This document shows, piece after piece, positions 28,485 through 37,382 of a stretch of 64,000 nt of DNA. A model generated the notes under the pieces. It ran no database searches. It saw only the letters and a program-made list of their open reading frames with translations, and had not been told where the DNA came from. A program made the translations under genes and the position numbers. Within the stretch, counting starts at the first letter, position 1. The number at the start of each line of letters is the position of its first letter. The stretch lies in the sequence record NC_042100.1; one strand, written 5' to 3'.

Positions 28485-29453
28485 ATGAAACAGACCAGCA
28501 AACAAATCCTTGATTGCCTTTCAGAAGAAGATAGACTCAAATGGGAAAGAATCGAACAAGAAGTAAAAGGCAAGCTTCACCGAGTAACTGTGGTTTGGTT
28601 ATCCGAACACTTAGGTATCTCACAAAGAACGATAACACGTTTAATCAATACTGTGACTTATCTCACTCCAACACAATGGTTGTTAGATCAAAGATATATA
28701 TCGACCATTAATGTGTTGAAAGACCCTAACTATGATTTAAGTGGTCTACAGGAGCAAGTCGGCTACAAACACCAATATAACTTCTATGATTACTTCCGTA
28801 AGCGTTTTCCCTTTACCTTTCCTGAAATTGCTTACTTACATTCACTTGGACTTTCCAAGGATTTCATTGAAGGTGACTTTGATAACATTGAAGAGTTCTT
28901 GGCGTTTGAAATGATTCAGATGATCCAACGTACTAATGGTAAGATCAAAGTTAAAGAGGATCTTTTAAATTTCTTTGGAGGAAGTCATACTTGGTTTTAC
29001 CGGGTCTGGTATCGCTACAACGGTCCGGAGTCTCCTTCTGAATTTATTTCCTTCACCCGTATTCGGTGGTTACGAAGAGACTTCTTGGAAAGCAACACCA
29101 CACCGAATGAATACTTCTTAAAGAACAAGTTAGGCTCCCATAATGTGGACTATACCCATAAAGTTCACTACGGGATCACTTTCCGTGCTTGGGCGAGTAA
29201 ACAGATAGAAGGTAAACCACGTCGTCGCAAAAATGGGTGCGATGAGCTATTAGGTGAGGAGTGGTTAGAGCGCATCAAACAACATATTACATATCGAGAA
29301 ATCGACATAGAGACCATCTCTAAGAAAGTAGGGTTATCCACCCAAGCGATGCGTAAGGTGATTACGTACTATTGTAAGAAGACGTATTTTGACTTTAAGT
29401 GTGAGGTACTCGCTTCCAAACAATCAAATCTAACTGTCAGGTCTTATGTATGA
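28485..29453 (+). CDS. AraC/XylS-type multi-HTH DNA-binding protein
   Basis: VTVVWLSEHLGISQRTITRL..TPTQWLLDQR....L.....LQEQVGYKHQYNFYDYFRKRF is a full AraC HTH pair; a second degenerate copy and a third partial copy (IETISKKVGLSTQAMRKVI) follow. Confidence 0.75.
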   Translation: MKQTSKQILDCLSEEDRLKWERIEQEVKGKLHRVTVVWLSEHLGISQRTITRLINTVTYLTPTQWLLDQRYISTINVLKDPNYDLSGLQEQVGYKHQYNFYDYFRKRFPFTFPEIAYLHSLGLSKDFIEGDFDNIEEFLAFEMIQMIQRTNGKIKVKEDLLNFFGGSHTWFYRVWYRYNGPESPSEFISFTRIRWLRRDFLESNTTPNEYFLKNKLGSHNVDYTHKVHYGITFRAWASKQIEGKPRRRKNGCDELLGEEWLERIKQHITYREIDIETISKKVGLSTQAMRKVITYYCKKTYFDFKCEVLASKQSNLTVRSYV

Positions 29454-29477
29454 CGATAATTCAAAAGGAAACTTATC

Positions 29478-30002
29478 ATGTTAATAGTAAACACCGACGG
29501 GTCTTGTGTGGGGGAATCCGGCGCAGGTCCTTCGGGTTACGGGATAGTTATCCGTGATGGTGACGTGGTTATTGAGCTAAGTGCTGGATATAAACGCTCC
29601 ACCAACAACCGGATGGAGATGTTAGCCACCATAGTGGCGTTAGAAGGACTACCTGAGCGTCGTAAGGTGTCTGTCACAACTGATTCCCAGTATGTCAAAC
29701 AAGGTATCGAACAATGGATACATGGTTGGCGCAGACGTGGGTGGAAGCGCGCAGACGGTGGTCCTGTTAAAAACGTAGATCTATGGAAACGTTTGTATGC
29801 AATGACACGTTACCATAACGTCACTTGGAACTGGGTTAAAGGTCACTCCGGCGATCCAGATAACGAACGTTGTGATACGCTAGCGCAAGACGCTGCCCGT
29901 AACCGAGCCACACTGGAAGATGAAGGGTACTTCACTTTCAATGAAAACCTACCTAAGTTCACCCCAGATAAAAGCCGACAATGGTGGAGACGAAATCGAT
30001 GA
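29478..30002 (+). CDS. rnhA: Ribonuclease HI
   Basis: TDGSC, TNNRMEM, TDSQYV and [15 protein letters not shown]; all catalytic D/E/D/H/D residues present. Confidence 0.96.
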   Translation: MLIVNTDGSCVGESGAGPSGYGIVIRDGDVVIELSAGYKRSTNNRMEMLATIVALEGLPERRKVSVTTDSQYVKQGIEQWIHGWRRRGWKRADGGPVKNVDLWKRLYAMTRYHNVTWNWVKGHSGDPDNERCDTLAQDAARNRATLEDEGYFTFNENLPKFTPDKSRQWWRRNR

Positions 30003-30319
30003 TCGACATGACTGAGTCCAAGGAAATCCTTAAAAAGATCAAGGTAGCTTCACAAAAACCCCACCAAGATATGACTCCTTTGGAAGTGAGTGAGTTTAAC
30101 ACTAAGATTTTGCAACACCCATTGGTGGTTGGTGTCGTTCGAGTGAACCTCATGACGGTACCAAATTACTCACCATATTGTGGGGGATTCTCCGAATGTG
30201 ATCAGATGCCTAGGACTCATTACGAAAGGGGACAATTCCAATGTCCGACTTGTGGTTGGCGTAGTAGTTTTCCTGAGGAGTTTATGGGTATGTATCGTTA
30301 TCATTGGGGACTCGATTAA
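29999..30319 (+). CDS. Small Zn-ribbon-like protein
   Basis: ATGA overlap with the rnhA stop; YCG...C..MPRT...QFQCPTCGW. Confidence 0.6.
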   Translation: MIDMTESKEILKKIKVASQKPHQDMTPLEVSEFNTKILQHPLVVGVVRVNLMTVPNYSPYCGGFSECDQMPRTHYERGQFQCPTCGWRSSFPEEFMGMYRYHWGLD

Positions 30320-30322
30320 AGT

Positions 30323-30340
30323 AGAGGGTTAACACCCTCT
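30323..30340 (+). terminator. Intrinsic terminator
   Basis: AGAGGGT-taac-ACCCTCT followed by CTTTATTTTT. Confidence 0.7.
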
Positions 30341-30381
30341 CTTTATTTTTGCGTATCAAATAAAAGTTTAAGGATTAATCC

Positions 30382-30873
30382 ATGAAATTCAATTCAGACT
30401 CGACCAAAAGCAAAGTGGATAAAGGTTATGTCTCCGTTGATCTGGCGTATTTTCAGTGTGGTCGTTTAAGAGAACTAGTGACCAATCACGGAATCAAACC
30501 TATCGACGATGGCGACTTTCACGTCACTATCGCTTATGATAAAGAGTTGATAGATAACACCCTTGAAATAGACATCGATAAAAACCGTTTATACGAAGCC
30601 AAGGTTATCGGTGTGGAACTAATGGGTGAAGTTAAAGACGGGTTACAGTCAGCGGTAGCACTGACCTTAGAATCAGAAGAATTAGTGGAAGAACACTTTA
30701 AGTGGATGGCAGCTGGTTATGAACACGGTTGGCCTGAATACATCCCTCACATGAGTGTGGCTTACGACGTACCCGTTAAAGATAGCGAACGTTTGGTTAA
30801 AGCGTTAGAACCTTACATCGGTAGAACGTTCTATTTCGTTAACCTGTCAGCAGAACCTGTAAACAATAATTAG
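30382..30873 (+). CDS. acb1: 2H phosphoesterase, anti-CBASS nuclease Acb1 (T4 57B)-like
   Basis: Two HxT/S motifs (FHVTIAY, IPHMSVAY). GYVS, AVALTLESEEL..H, GYEHGWPEYIPH and a C-terminal EP match the T4 Acb1 layout. Confidence 0.8.
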   Translation: MKFNSDSTKSKVDKGYVSVDLAYFQCGRLRELVTNHGIKPIDDGDFHVTIAYDKELIDNTLEIDIDKNRLYEAKVIGVELMGEVKDGLQSAVALTLESEELVEEHFKWMAAGYEHGWPEYIPHMSVAYDVPVKDSERLVKALEPYIGRTFYFVNLSAEPVNNN

Positions 30874-30882
30874 GAAAACAAC

Positions 30883-31527
30883 ATGAGTAAAAGAAATAAG
30901 GGTGAACGTCGCGGTGTTCAGCTGAGACTACGTCAATCCCGTCGAGAGCGAGCCAACCGACACACCATGGCGATGGCGGTCAAAGACATTAGCGAACACC
31001 TTTACTTCTTTGGTAGTCACGCTCATCAGCTAGATACCATTGATTGGTCCCCTAAACTAAAACGTTTATCAAAAAGAAGAGATCAAGAAACCGCCATTGC
31101 TAGTATCATCTCTCTACTATCAGAGTCTCGAGCTTGGCAGTTATTCTTTTTCATTGGGATTGATACCGGTGAGGAAGTCGAAGTCTTTTCTTTCTTAGAA
31201 ACGATTAAAAAGACCAACTACATGACAGCACCTGAACAATTCGCTGAAGTCATAGACGAATACGTTCAGGAAGTACAGTCCGTTATTGATGAAGGTGGTG
31301 AGTTCAAAAACACTCAGCTGTCTCCTCATCACAAAATATGTGGGTTTGGTTATTACTTGTTTTATTCCACAGATTACAACTTAGAGGGTCATGAAGATGA
31401 GATCTCGGATTCCCTCCATGACGCCGGTGTATTCAATACGCCATTCGATAGAAACAATTACCTGCGTTTAGAACATAAGCATTTCTCTGATATGTTTAAA
31501 CGCCAAGAACTCCGTATTAAGGATTGA
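30883..31527 (+). CDS. Hypothetical protein with Arg-rich N-terminus, 214 aa
   Basis: SD AGGA; basic N-terminus MSKRNKGERRGVQLRLRQSRRER. Confidence 0.7.
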   Translation: MSKRNKGERRGVQLRLRQSRRERANRHTMAMAVKDISEHLYFFGSHAHQLDTIDWSPKLKRLSKRRDQETAIASIISLLSESRAWQLFFFIGIDTGEEVEVFSFLETIKKTNYMTAPEQFAEVIDEYVQEVQSVIDEGGEFKNTQLSPHHKICGFGYYLFYSTDYNLEGHEDEISDSLHDAGVFNTPFDRNNYLRLEHKHFSDMFKRQELRIKD

Positions 31528-32675
31528 TCATGAATCATTTTATTAAAGCTTTAGAACACGTTGTGCACACCAGTGAACATACCCTAGGGGAAGTTGTTAA
31601 ATACGGTTGGTCTTACCAATTTGATTTAATCCAAGAAGGGATGTTACCTCAGTGGTCTGGTATCGTGGAATTGCCCGCGATTAAACCGGCGCTTGCAGAA
31701 CTGGATTGGTTAATCAACAACCAAGGTGATCTAACCATTTTGCATGACGCTGGGCTACATCACCACGATTACCTAGAGTTTGAGCAAGACTTGACTTTCA
31801 CCAAACAGTACAAGTTCGAAGAACGCTGCACACTTGCAACGGAACGTTTCCTTGAAGCCGGTTTGATCGTGCAAGGCGAAGAAGGTCTAAAAGGTGCTTT
31901 CCTCGACAACGGGATGATGGACCGTCACCTTACTGTCGATAAATGTATGGCGGCGATGGGCATCACTGAAGCTCGCGAAGAAACCGTGGGTAAAGAAGGC
32001 GGCATTGGTCCTTGTCACGGTTTGGCTTTCAAACAACCGACCAACACAGGCACGATATTATTCCACCACCCGGATTACCTACCGGACCCAGAAACTCCTA
32101 TCCAAGAAGGTCTAAGTGAAGGTCGTTACTCGTACATTCCAAAACAGATCATGATGACGTTCCTAACGTCTGAGGTTCCTTTAGAAGAACGTGCGTTGCA
32201 ACTTAAAGACCCGAAAGCTTCAGCGTTGTTGGCGGCTTTGCTGAAAGAGGAACCGTTTGAACGATTGGTGGAGTTAGGGTTTAAATACCCTAAAGAAACT
32301 CACGATAACGTGGAGCGCATTGAATTAATCCAAGACTTGTTTAATGGTCACGGTATCCCGAGTAAGCGCCTGCACACCCGTTTAACCCTCGGAGACTTCT
32401 CTCCGCTGAAAGAATACATGACTGAGTTGTTACCGTACATGATCTATTCGGAGTACGTGGCGCACAAAATCAATGCGGAAAACACGACATTCACAGTAGA
32501 CGCTAACCAGTTGATCTTGGACAAAGAAACATTAGCTATGTTAAACACCATCGTTGAATCCGATCAAGATTGGACGAAACCTGCAACCGTTAAACTCCTT
32601 CGTCCTTACGATATGAGTTTGACTCAACCCATTACTGAACAAGAACTGGAAATCAAAAACTATTCCGGTTTGTAA
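31524..32675 (+). CDS. Thymidylate-synthase-fold protein, catalytically degenerate
   Basis: Retains the TS scaffold (FDL..G.LP, ELDWLI, GIGP.HG, HPDYLPD, GRYSYIP..MMTF), but the catalytic PCH reads PKQ; DRTG, QRSxD, N and HxY motifs are absent. Confidence 0.7.
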   Translation: MIMNHFIKALEHVVHTSEHTLGEVVKYGWSYQFDLIQEGMLPQWSGIVELPAIKPALAELDWLINNQGDLTILHDAGLHHHDYLEFEQDLTFTKQYKFEERCTLATERFLEAGLIVQGEEGLKGAFLDNGMMDRHLTVDKCMAAMGITEAREETVGKEGGIGPCHGLAFKQPTNTGTILFHHPDYLPDPETPIQEGLSEGRYSYIPKQIMMTFLTSEVPLEERALQLKDPKASALLAALLKEEPFERLVELGFKYPKETHDNVERIELIQDLFNGHGIPSKRLHTRLTLGDFSPLKEYMTELLPYMIYSEYVAHKINAENTTFTVDANQLILDKETLAMLNTIVESDQDWTKPATVKLLRPYDMSLTQPITEQELEIKNYSGL

Positions 32676-32687
32676 AAATAACTCAAG

Positions 32688-32705
32688 TCTATATTACTTG
32701 GGTGT
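32688..32705 (+). promoter_or_regulatory. Putative early promoter, copy 2
   Basis: TCTATATTACTTGGGTGT, 42 nt upstream of groEL. Confidence 0.8.
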
Positions 32706-32747
32706 GTATACCACTAATTAACTTAACCTTTTAACGAGGAATCAATA

Positions 32748-34307
32748 ATGCTTTACCTAACTAAAGAAACCAAACGAATCCGTACTGAAGCTGTAATGGA
32801 AGTGACATCAGCCGTTACTTCTACTATGGGGCCAGAAGGGAAAGTGGTGGTTTGTGATAAAAACGGTATTCCGTTCCCAACCAAAGACGGGGTGACCGTA
32901 GCAAAAGCATTGCGCTTTGAAGACCCGTCTAAAGACATGTTCGCCACTATGGTGGCGGAATGTTGTTTGCGCACGGATAAAATCTGTGGTGATGGAACGA
33001 CAACCACCGCGTTCCTATTAAACAAAATCTACAGTCGTTTTAACCACCTCATTTCATTCAATACCAAAAAGCTGTTGCGTGAATACACCCAAGAACTCGT
33101 TGGTTACCTCAATGAACTATCCACCAAAGTAGATGTTGAGTCTGACTTATTACGTCAAGTAATGATGACGACCAGTAACAACGACGAGCGCATCGTCAAC
33201 AAAGTGTTGGAAATCTACCGTGATAACCCACATTTACCTGAGTTGTTATTCAAAGAAGCAAACGACGATCAAGACCAAGTGCAAGCAAGTCATGGTTGTT
33301 CTTGGCCGGGTGGATTTGCTTCTCCTGAGTTTTCAACGCTCGGTAACGGTGCACCAGAAGTGTTCATGGAAAACGATGGTTATCGACCTATCTTAGTGTC
33401 AGGTCGCATCGATGGCTTGGATAACGAAGAAGCCGTTTCTAAGTTCATTGAGTACACTCGAGAGTACGTTGAAAAAGGTGGGACTTATCTCATCATGGGA
33501 CGTAGTATCGAAAGTGTAACCGAACAAACTTTGAAAACGTTCAACTCTAAGTGTGGTCGAGTAGCATATAAAGCGGTCGTACTTCGTGCGGCAGGTAGTT
33601 CGGGTGTTTCCATCATGAACGACATTGCAACGGTGTTAGACGCTAAGATGCACACTCAATTGGTGGAAGACCATCCTGAGTATCGTGTTCCGAAAGATTA
33701 CCCAATTGCACGTATTACAAGTGCAGCGGTTTCCTTTGCTGGATCAACATTGACACATAAAGCGTCTTTGGACAAAGCTATTACTAACGTTCAAAACGAA
33801 CTGAAAGAACTGAATGTGGACCAACGTCATTCAGCCTTAGGTAAAATCATCGAACATCGTCTTCGTATTTTGTCAGGCGGAACGGTTACTTTGTATGTCG
33901 GCGGCATCACGGAATCTGATATCCGTGAACGCATTGGTCGCTTTGAAGACGTAGCGCGTGTTTGTGTCTCAGCGTTGTCTAACGGTGTCTTGCAAGGTTG
34001 TGGTTACTCGTTGATCCTAGCAGGTAAGAAACTAGTAGCGAAGCACCCAGAGTGTGAGATCGTGGAGGGGTTATGGAGTGTCCTAAAGAGTCAATCTGAA
34101 TATCTGATGTTAACAGAGTACAAGGATGGGATGATTTACACTAACTTAGCAACAGGCGAACAAGGTACAGAGCCGGGTAAGTTAGGAGTTTGGGATGCGG
34201 CACTGGCAACCACCACAGCGTTAGAAGCCGCAACTTCTATGGCGATTACGTTAATGGATTCAGAAACCCTTATCCTTAACTCTCGACTATCTGAAGTACG
34301 CTTCTAA
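32748..34307 (+). CDS. groEL: Phage GroEL-like chaperonin
   Basis: STMGPEG, TKDGVTVAK, GDGTTT, LSGGTVTLYVGGITE, RFED (catalytic Asp), LQGCG and GVWDA. Confidence 0.93.
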   Translation: MLYLTKETKRIRTEAVMEVTSAVTSTMGPEGKVVVCDKNGIPFPTKDGVTVAKALRFEDPSKDMFATMVAECCLRTDKICGDGTTTTAFLLNKIYSRFNHLISFNTKKLLREYTQELVGYLNELSTKVDVESDLLRQVMMTTSNNDERIVNKVLEIYRDNPHLPELLFKEANDDQDQVQASHGCSWPGGFASPEFSTLGNGAPEVFMENDGYRPILVSGRIDGLDNEEAVSKFIEYTREYVEKGGTYLIMGRSIESVTEQTLKTFNSKCGRVAYKAVVLRAAGSSGVSIMNDIATVLDAKMHTQLVEDHPEYRVPKDYPIARITSAAVSFAGSTLTHKASLDKAITNVQNELKELNVDQRHSALGKIIEHRLRILSGGTVTLYVGGITESDIRERIGRFEDVARVCVSALSNGVLQGCGYSLILAGKKLVAKHPECEIVEGLWSVLKSQSEYLMLTEYKDGMIYTNLATGEQGTEPGKLGVWDAALATTTALEAATSMAITLMDSETLILNSRLSEVRF

Positions 34308-34319
34308 TTATCACTAATG

Positions 34320-34343
34320 TGTGGACTCCTACGGGAGTCCACA
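34320..34343 (+). terminator. Intrinsic terminator
   Basis: TGTGGACTCC-tacg-GGAGTCCACA followed by a T-rich tract. Confidence 0.8.
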
Positions 34344-34407
34344 TACTTTAGTATTTTATTTTTTAAGGTAATTTATCAACGTCCTCCGGTTACCGAGGGA
34401 TTGAGTT

Positions 34408-34557
34408 ATGAAGAAAAAGAAACAACGTAAAAAAGAAAGAAAGCGGCAAGAAGAAGCAGGCAAACTCCTAGCAAAGTTTCAACTTAACCCGGGGATGTTA
34501 ATGACACCGACCCAACAAGCTGTTCATTTGGACATGATTAACCCCACTCGTTTTTAA
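34408..34557 (+). CDS. Small basic protein, 49 aa (below ORF-track cutoff)
   Basis: Manual translation MKKKKQRKKERKRQEEAGKLLAKFQLNPGMLMTPTQQAVHLDMINPTRF; SD GAGGG; fills the gap before the next SD. Confidence 0.55.
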   Translation: MKKKKQRKKERKRQEEAGKLLAKFQLNPGMLMTPTQQAVHLDMINPTRF

Positions 34558-34568
34558 AAGGAATAAAT

Positions 34569-35048
34569 ATGAATTGGTTTAAACGCTTTATTAAACTCAA
34601 AGTAGCGAAAAAAGAAATCCAACGACTATGGGTTTTAGAACAACGCATCCGAGACATGGAAGCATGGTTATCTACGGAACCTAAGTTAGTGCGCGCTGCT
34701 GAGTGGTTAAAAGAAAAAGACAACCCGAAATCGATCTCGGACTTTCGAACTCAGTTTGAAGCAGAGTTTGGCAGTGGTCGTACGACACCACATAGACAAC
34801 AAGCAAACTCCCCTAAACGTAGTGTCCCAAACCAAGCACTAAGAAACAACCCATCCCGCACAAAACACGACCAAGAACACCTCGGGACTGTAGTGACTCA
34901 ACATCAACATCATCACTACCACGATGAGAGTACTTACCACTCCAATACTCGAAGTGAATGTGAGCGTTCACCTGAACCAACTCCTGTTCGCGACGAACCG
35001 TCTAGGTCTTGTAACGATCAATCAAGCATGGACACGTCTTATGATTAA
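34569..35048 (+). CDS. Hypothetical protein with low-complexity His/Ser-rich C-terminus
   Basis: SD AAGGA; helical N-terminus and disordered tail (QHQHHHYHDE). Confidence 0.7.
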   Translation: MNWFKRFIKLKVAKKEIQRLWVLEQRIRDMEAWLSTEPKLVRAAEWLKEKDNPKSISDFRTQFEAEFGSGRTTPHRQQANSPKRSVPNQALRNNPSRTKHDQEHLGTVVTQHQHHHYHDESTYHSNTRSECERSPEPTPVRDEPSRSCNDQSSMDTSYD

Positions 35049-35343
35049 CACGGAAATGGTTTTTAGTAGGTTGGGATTAAAGGGTGCCTATGAGGTACTC
35101 AATAACGACCGTGACTTATTTCGTATAGTGATGATTATCACTATTGGTAACGTCTTCCATGTTTGCGGGCTTCCTTCAGTAAAGGGAGGGTTAGCAATAG
35201 GAGTGTTGTATGGTTTGGTGACCGCTTCCTTTGTCACACGACCTTACGAACCAGATGGCGATTGGTTTACCATGGGAAGAATCATCGGGTCCTTTATAAT
35301 GGGCTTGGGTATTTGGCATTTCTTGGATTGGGTGATATATTGA
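35041..35343 (+). CDS. Small multi-pass membrane protein (100 aa)
   Basis: Start moved to ATG 35041, which overlaps the upstream stop; about three hydrophobic segments. Confidence 0.6.
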   Translation: MINTEMVFSRLGLKGAYEVLNNDRDLFRIVMIITIGNVFHVCGLPSVKGGLAIGVLYGLVTASFVTRPYEPDGDWFTMGRIIGSFIMGLGIWHFLDWVIY

Positions 35344-35480
35344 ACAAAACAACTTATTGGGTCTTGAATTGTCTCGGAGCCTTCGTCTTTGCAGGAGTGA
35401 TGGTGATGGGTCTCATCATTGCTCCTTTCTTTTTTATTTATCGACAACTAACTAAAACGAAAAAGGCAACACATGTCTAA
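35340..35480 (+). CDS. Small single-pass membrane protein (46 aa)
   Basis: TTG start overlapping the upstream TGA; YWVLNCLGAFVFAGVMVMGLIIAPFFFIY followed by a basic tail. Confidence 0.45.
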   Translation: MNKTTYWVLNCLGAFVFAGVMVMGLIIAPFFFIYRQLTKTKKATHV

Positions 35481-36069
35481 AATTTATTTCTATACAAGCG
35501 CAATGTCTTCAGGTAAGACGACCACGGCTATTCAAACTGCGTATAACTATCAAGAACGCGGGATGATCCCTTTCGTGCTGAAACCTGTAGTGGATACCCG
35601 AGATGGCTGTCCTCGTACGCTGACCAGTCGTAGCGGTGCTAAGTGGGACAACTGCATCCCTTTCCCTAAAGAAGGGCTCGGTGAGTTAGAGTTGTGGTTG
35701 CGTGATCATGAACGTCAACCTGATGTCATCATTATTGATGAGGTACAGTTCATTAGCGAAGAACAAATCGCGAGTTTAGCCGAGTTAACTCGAAAGCTCG
35801 GCATTCCTTTGTTATGTTACGGTCTTCGTAATAACTTCCAAGGCGGTGGGTTCCCTGCGAGTGATTGGTTACTGCGTCACGCTTCTAGCATCAACATCGT
35901 TAAAGGGATGTGTTGGTGTGGTAAAAACGCCACTCACAACTTGATGGTGGTTGACGGGAAACCTTATTACGGAACTCCTGGCGAATCCACCGTAGTAGTG
36001 GGCGGTAACGAAACTTACCATGCGGTGTGCTTCACCCACTTTAAGTCAGGAACTCACAAAAAGTCTTAA
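35473..36069 (+). CDS. tdk: Thymidine kinase (TK1 type)
   Basis: P-loop SAMSSGKT, IIIDEVQF, CYGL...F, Zn site CWC...C and VVVGGNETY. Confidence 0.95.
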   Translation: MSKIYFYTSAMSSGKTTTAIQTAYNYQERGMIPFVLKPVVDTRDGCPRTLTSRSGAKWDNCIPFPKEGLGELELWLRDHERQPDVIIIDEVQFISEEQIASLAELTRKLGIPLLCYGLRNNFQGGGFPASDWLLRHASSINIVKGMCWCGKNATHNLMVVDGKPYYGTPGESTVVVGGNETYHAVCFTHFKSGTHKKS

Positions 36070-36082
36070 CACTCCGGAATGC

Positions 36083-36106
36083 TATGGAGGTTCATGAGGA
36101 ACCTCT
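36083..36106 (+). promoter_or_regulatory. TATG late-promoter-like motif with flush 5' stem-loop
   Basis: TATG, then from its G: GGAGGTTC-atgag-GAACCTCT; 21 nt before a virion-type gene. Confidence 0.5.
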
Positions 36107-36127
36107 TTAGTTAATCAAGGAGATGCC

Positions 36128-37312
36128 ATGAAAGACGTAAGACAAATGCTCATTAATCGAATGAGTGAAGTCCATATCCGTAATGCGATGGAAACAGGAG
36201 ATCCAGCTAAAATAGAACAAGCTAACACGTTGTTTAAAGACCTGTTAGTGAGTGAAGTAACCATAAGTAACATCGAAGAAGTCGGTCGTGGTACTCAACG
36301 TTACCGTGCGGATATCGATCTTAGCCAACGTGGAGGTTCGGTGATCAAGCAGTACTGGTCGCCAGCTAATCCCACCGAGGCTTTAATCGAATTATACGAA
36401 ACGGGAGAATATTCTCAGAACGGGGATAACGTGACCAAAATACGTCTGAGTAGTAAAGCCGTGTTCCTACATTACTTTAATACTCATGATTTGATGACCC
36501 TGACCACGACTGGTTATTTGTCTCAAACTGAACTTGAGACCCTTTTCCCTTTTGATCCTCAAGACGTGCGTGTACAAAACTTCGGCGACTACATCAATTT
36601 TGACGGTCCTTTCATCAGTGGTCGCATGATAGTGCGTGATGGTAAAGAAGGGATATTGACCGGGACCCACGACCCGGTGGATGTTCGTATTTGGACAGAA
36701 GATGAGAACGGGGATAAGGAAGTGGTGTTGGATGACATGAACTACTTCCCGGTTGGTCATAACGTGGATACTAAGTTCCGCATTTATCTGGAGGACTCAC
36801 CGGATTATCAAAGCGGTGACACGTTTACGGTTTCTTATACTGGAGACTACCGACCTCTTGAAAAAGACACCCTAACCTATCAACAAGGTCAACCTTTAGA
36901 GATCCCTACCGATGAACGAATGGTGCCTGGACAAATTATCCAGTTCACTATCACTGGTAAGGGTGGTTTTAGTTGTATGGTGAGTGGTGTTGTGGTGATT
37001 GCGCACGCTTACACCTATACTCCAGATGGACGCATAGATATAGAAGTTACTTACCCTGAGGTTATCACTGGCAGTTTGGTGTTTAAGGGTAAACCCGAAC
37101 AAACGTGGCATGTTCCTGAGGACGACCAGCCACCTGGAATGTACCTCTACGATCGTGGGCGTTTCGTGCACTTCGTTCCTATGGACGACACCACACTAAA
37201 CGACTTTGAACTACCTTTACTTGAGCCTGGAAAATACGGAATGTACTTCCGTTCACCGGGCAGTTATAAGAATACCTTTGGAGGACTTTTGACGGTTAAC
37301 GCCCCAGAATAA
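36128..37312 (+). CDS. Putative virion protein, N-domain paralogous to the 1508-aa protein, beta-rich C-terminus
   Basis: RQMLI..GDPAKIEQA..F..L...EV...WSP aligns with the N-terminus of 37383. Confidence 0.6.
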   Translation: MKDVRQMLINRMSEVHIRNAMETGDPAKIEQANTLFKDLLVSEVTISNIEEVGRGTQRYRADIDLSQRGGSVIKQYWSPANPTEALIELYETGEYSQNGDNVTKIRLSSKAVFLHYFNTHDLMTLTTTGYLSQTELETLFPFDPQDVRVQNFGDYINFDGPFISGRMIVRDGKEGILTGTHDPVDVRIWTEDENGDKEVVLDDMNYFPVGHNVDTKFRIYLEDSPDYQSGDTFTVSYTGDYRPLEKDTLTYQQGQPLEIPTDERMVPGQIIQFTITGKGGFSCMVSGVVVIAHAYTYTPDGRIDIEVTYPEVITGSLVFKGKPEQTWHVPEDDQPPGMYLYDRGRFVHFVPMDDTTLNDFELPLLEPGKYGMYFRSPGSYKNTFGGLLTVNAPE

Positions 37313-37333
37313 CTCCTTAATTTTTTGTCATTT

Positions 37334-37360
37334 TATGAGCGGGGGCCCGTCCCCGCTCAT
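37334..37360 (+). promoter_or_regulatory. TATG late-promoter-like motif with flush 5' stem-loop (could also act as terminator)
   Basis: TATG, then from its G: GAGCGGGG-gcccgt-CCCCGCTC, followed by ATTTTT. Confidence 0.55.
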
Positions 37361-37382
37361 TTTTGACGCATGCTAAGGAAAC

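Noticed and set aside
32045-32065. GPCHG in the TS-like protein as the catalytic PCH (approx. 32005-32022, just upstream of these coordinates)
   Set aside because: By order of motifs it aligns with the non-catalytic GPVYG segment, not the catalytic loop; kept only as a refutation test for the pseudo-enzyme finding.
34381-34400. Small hairpin CCTC-CGGTTACCG-AGGG before the basic micro-ORF
   Set aside because: Short imperfect stem overlapping the SD; indistinguishable from chance.
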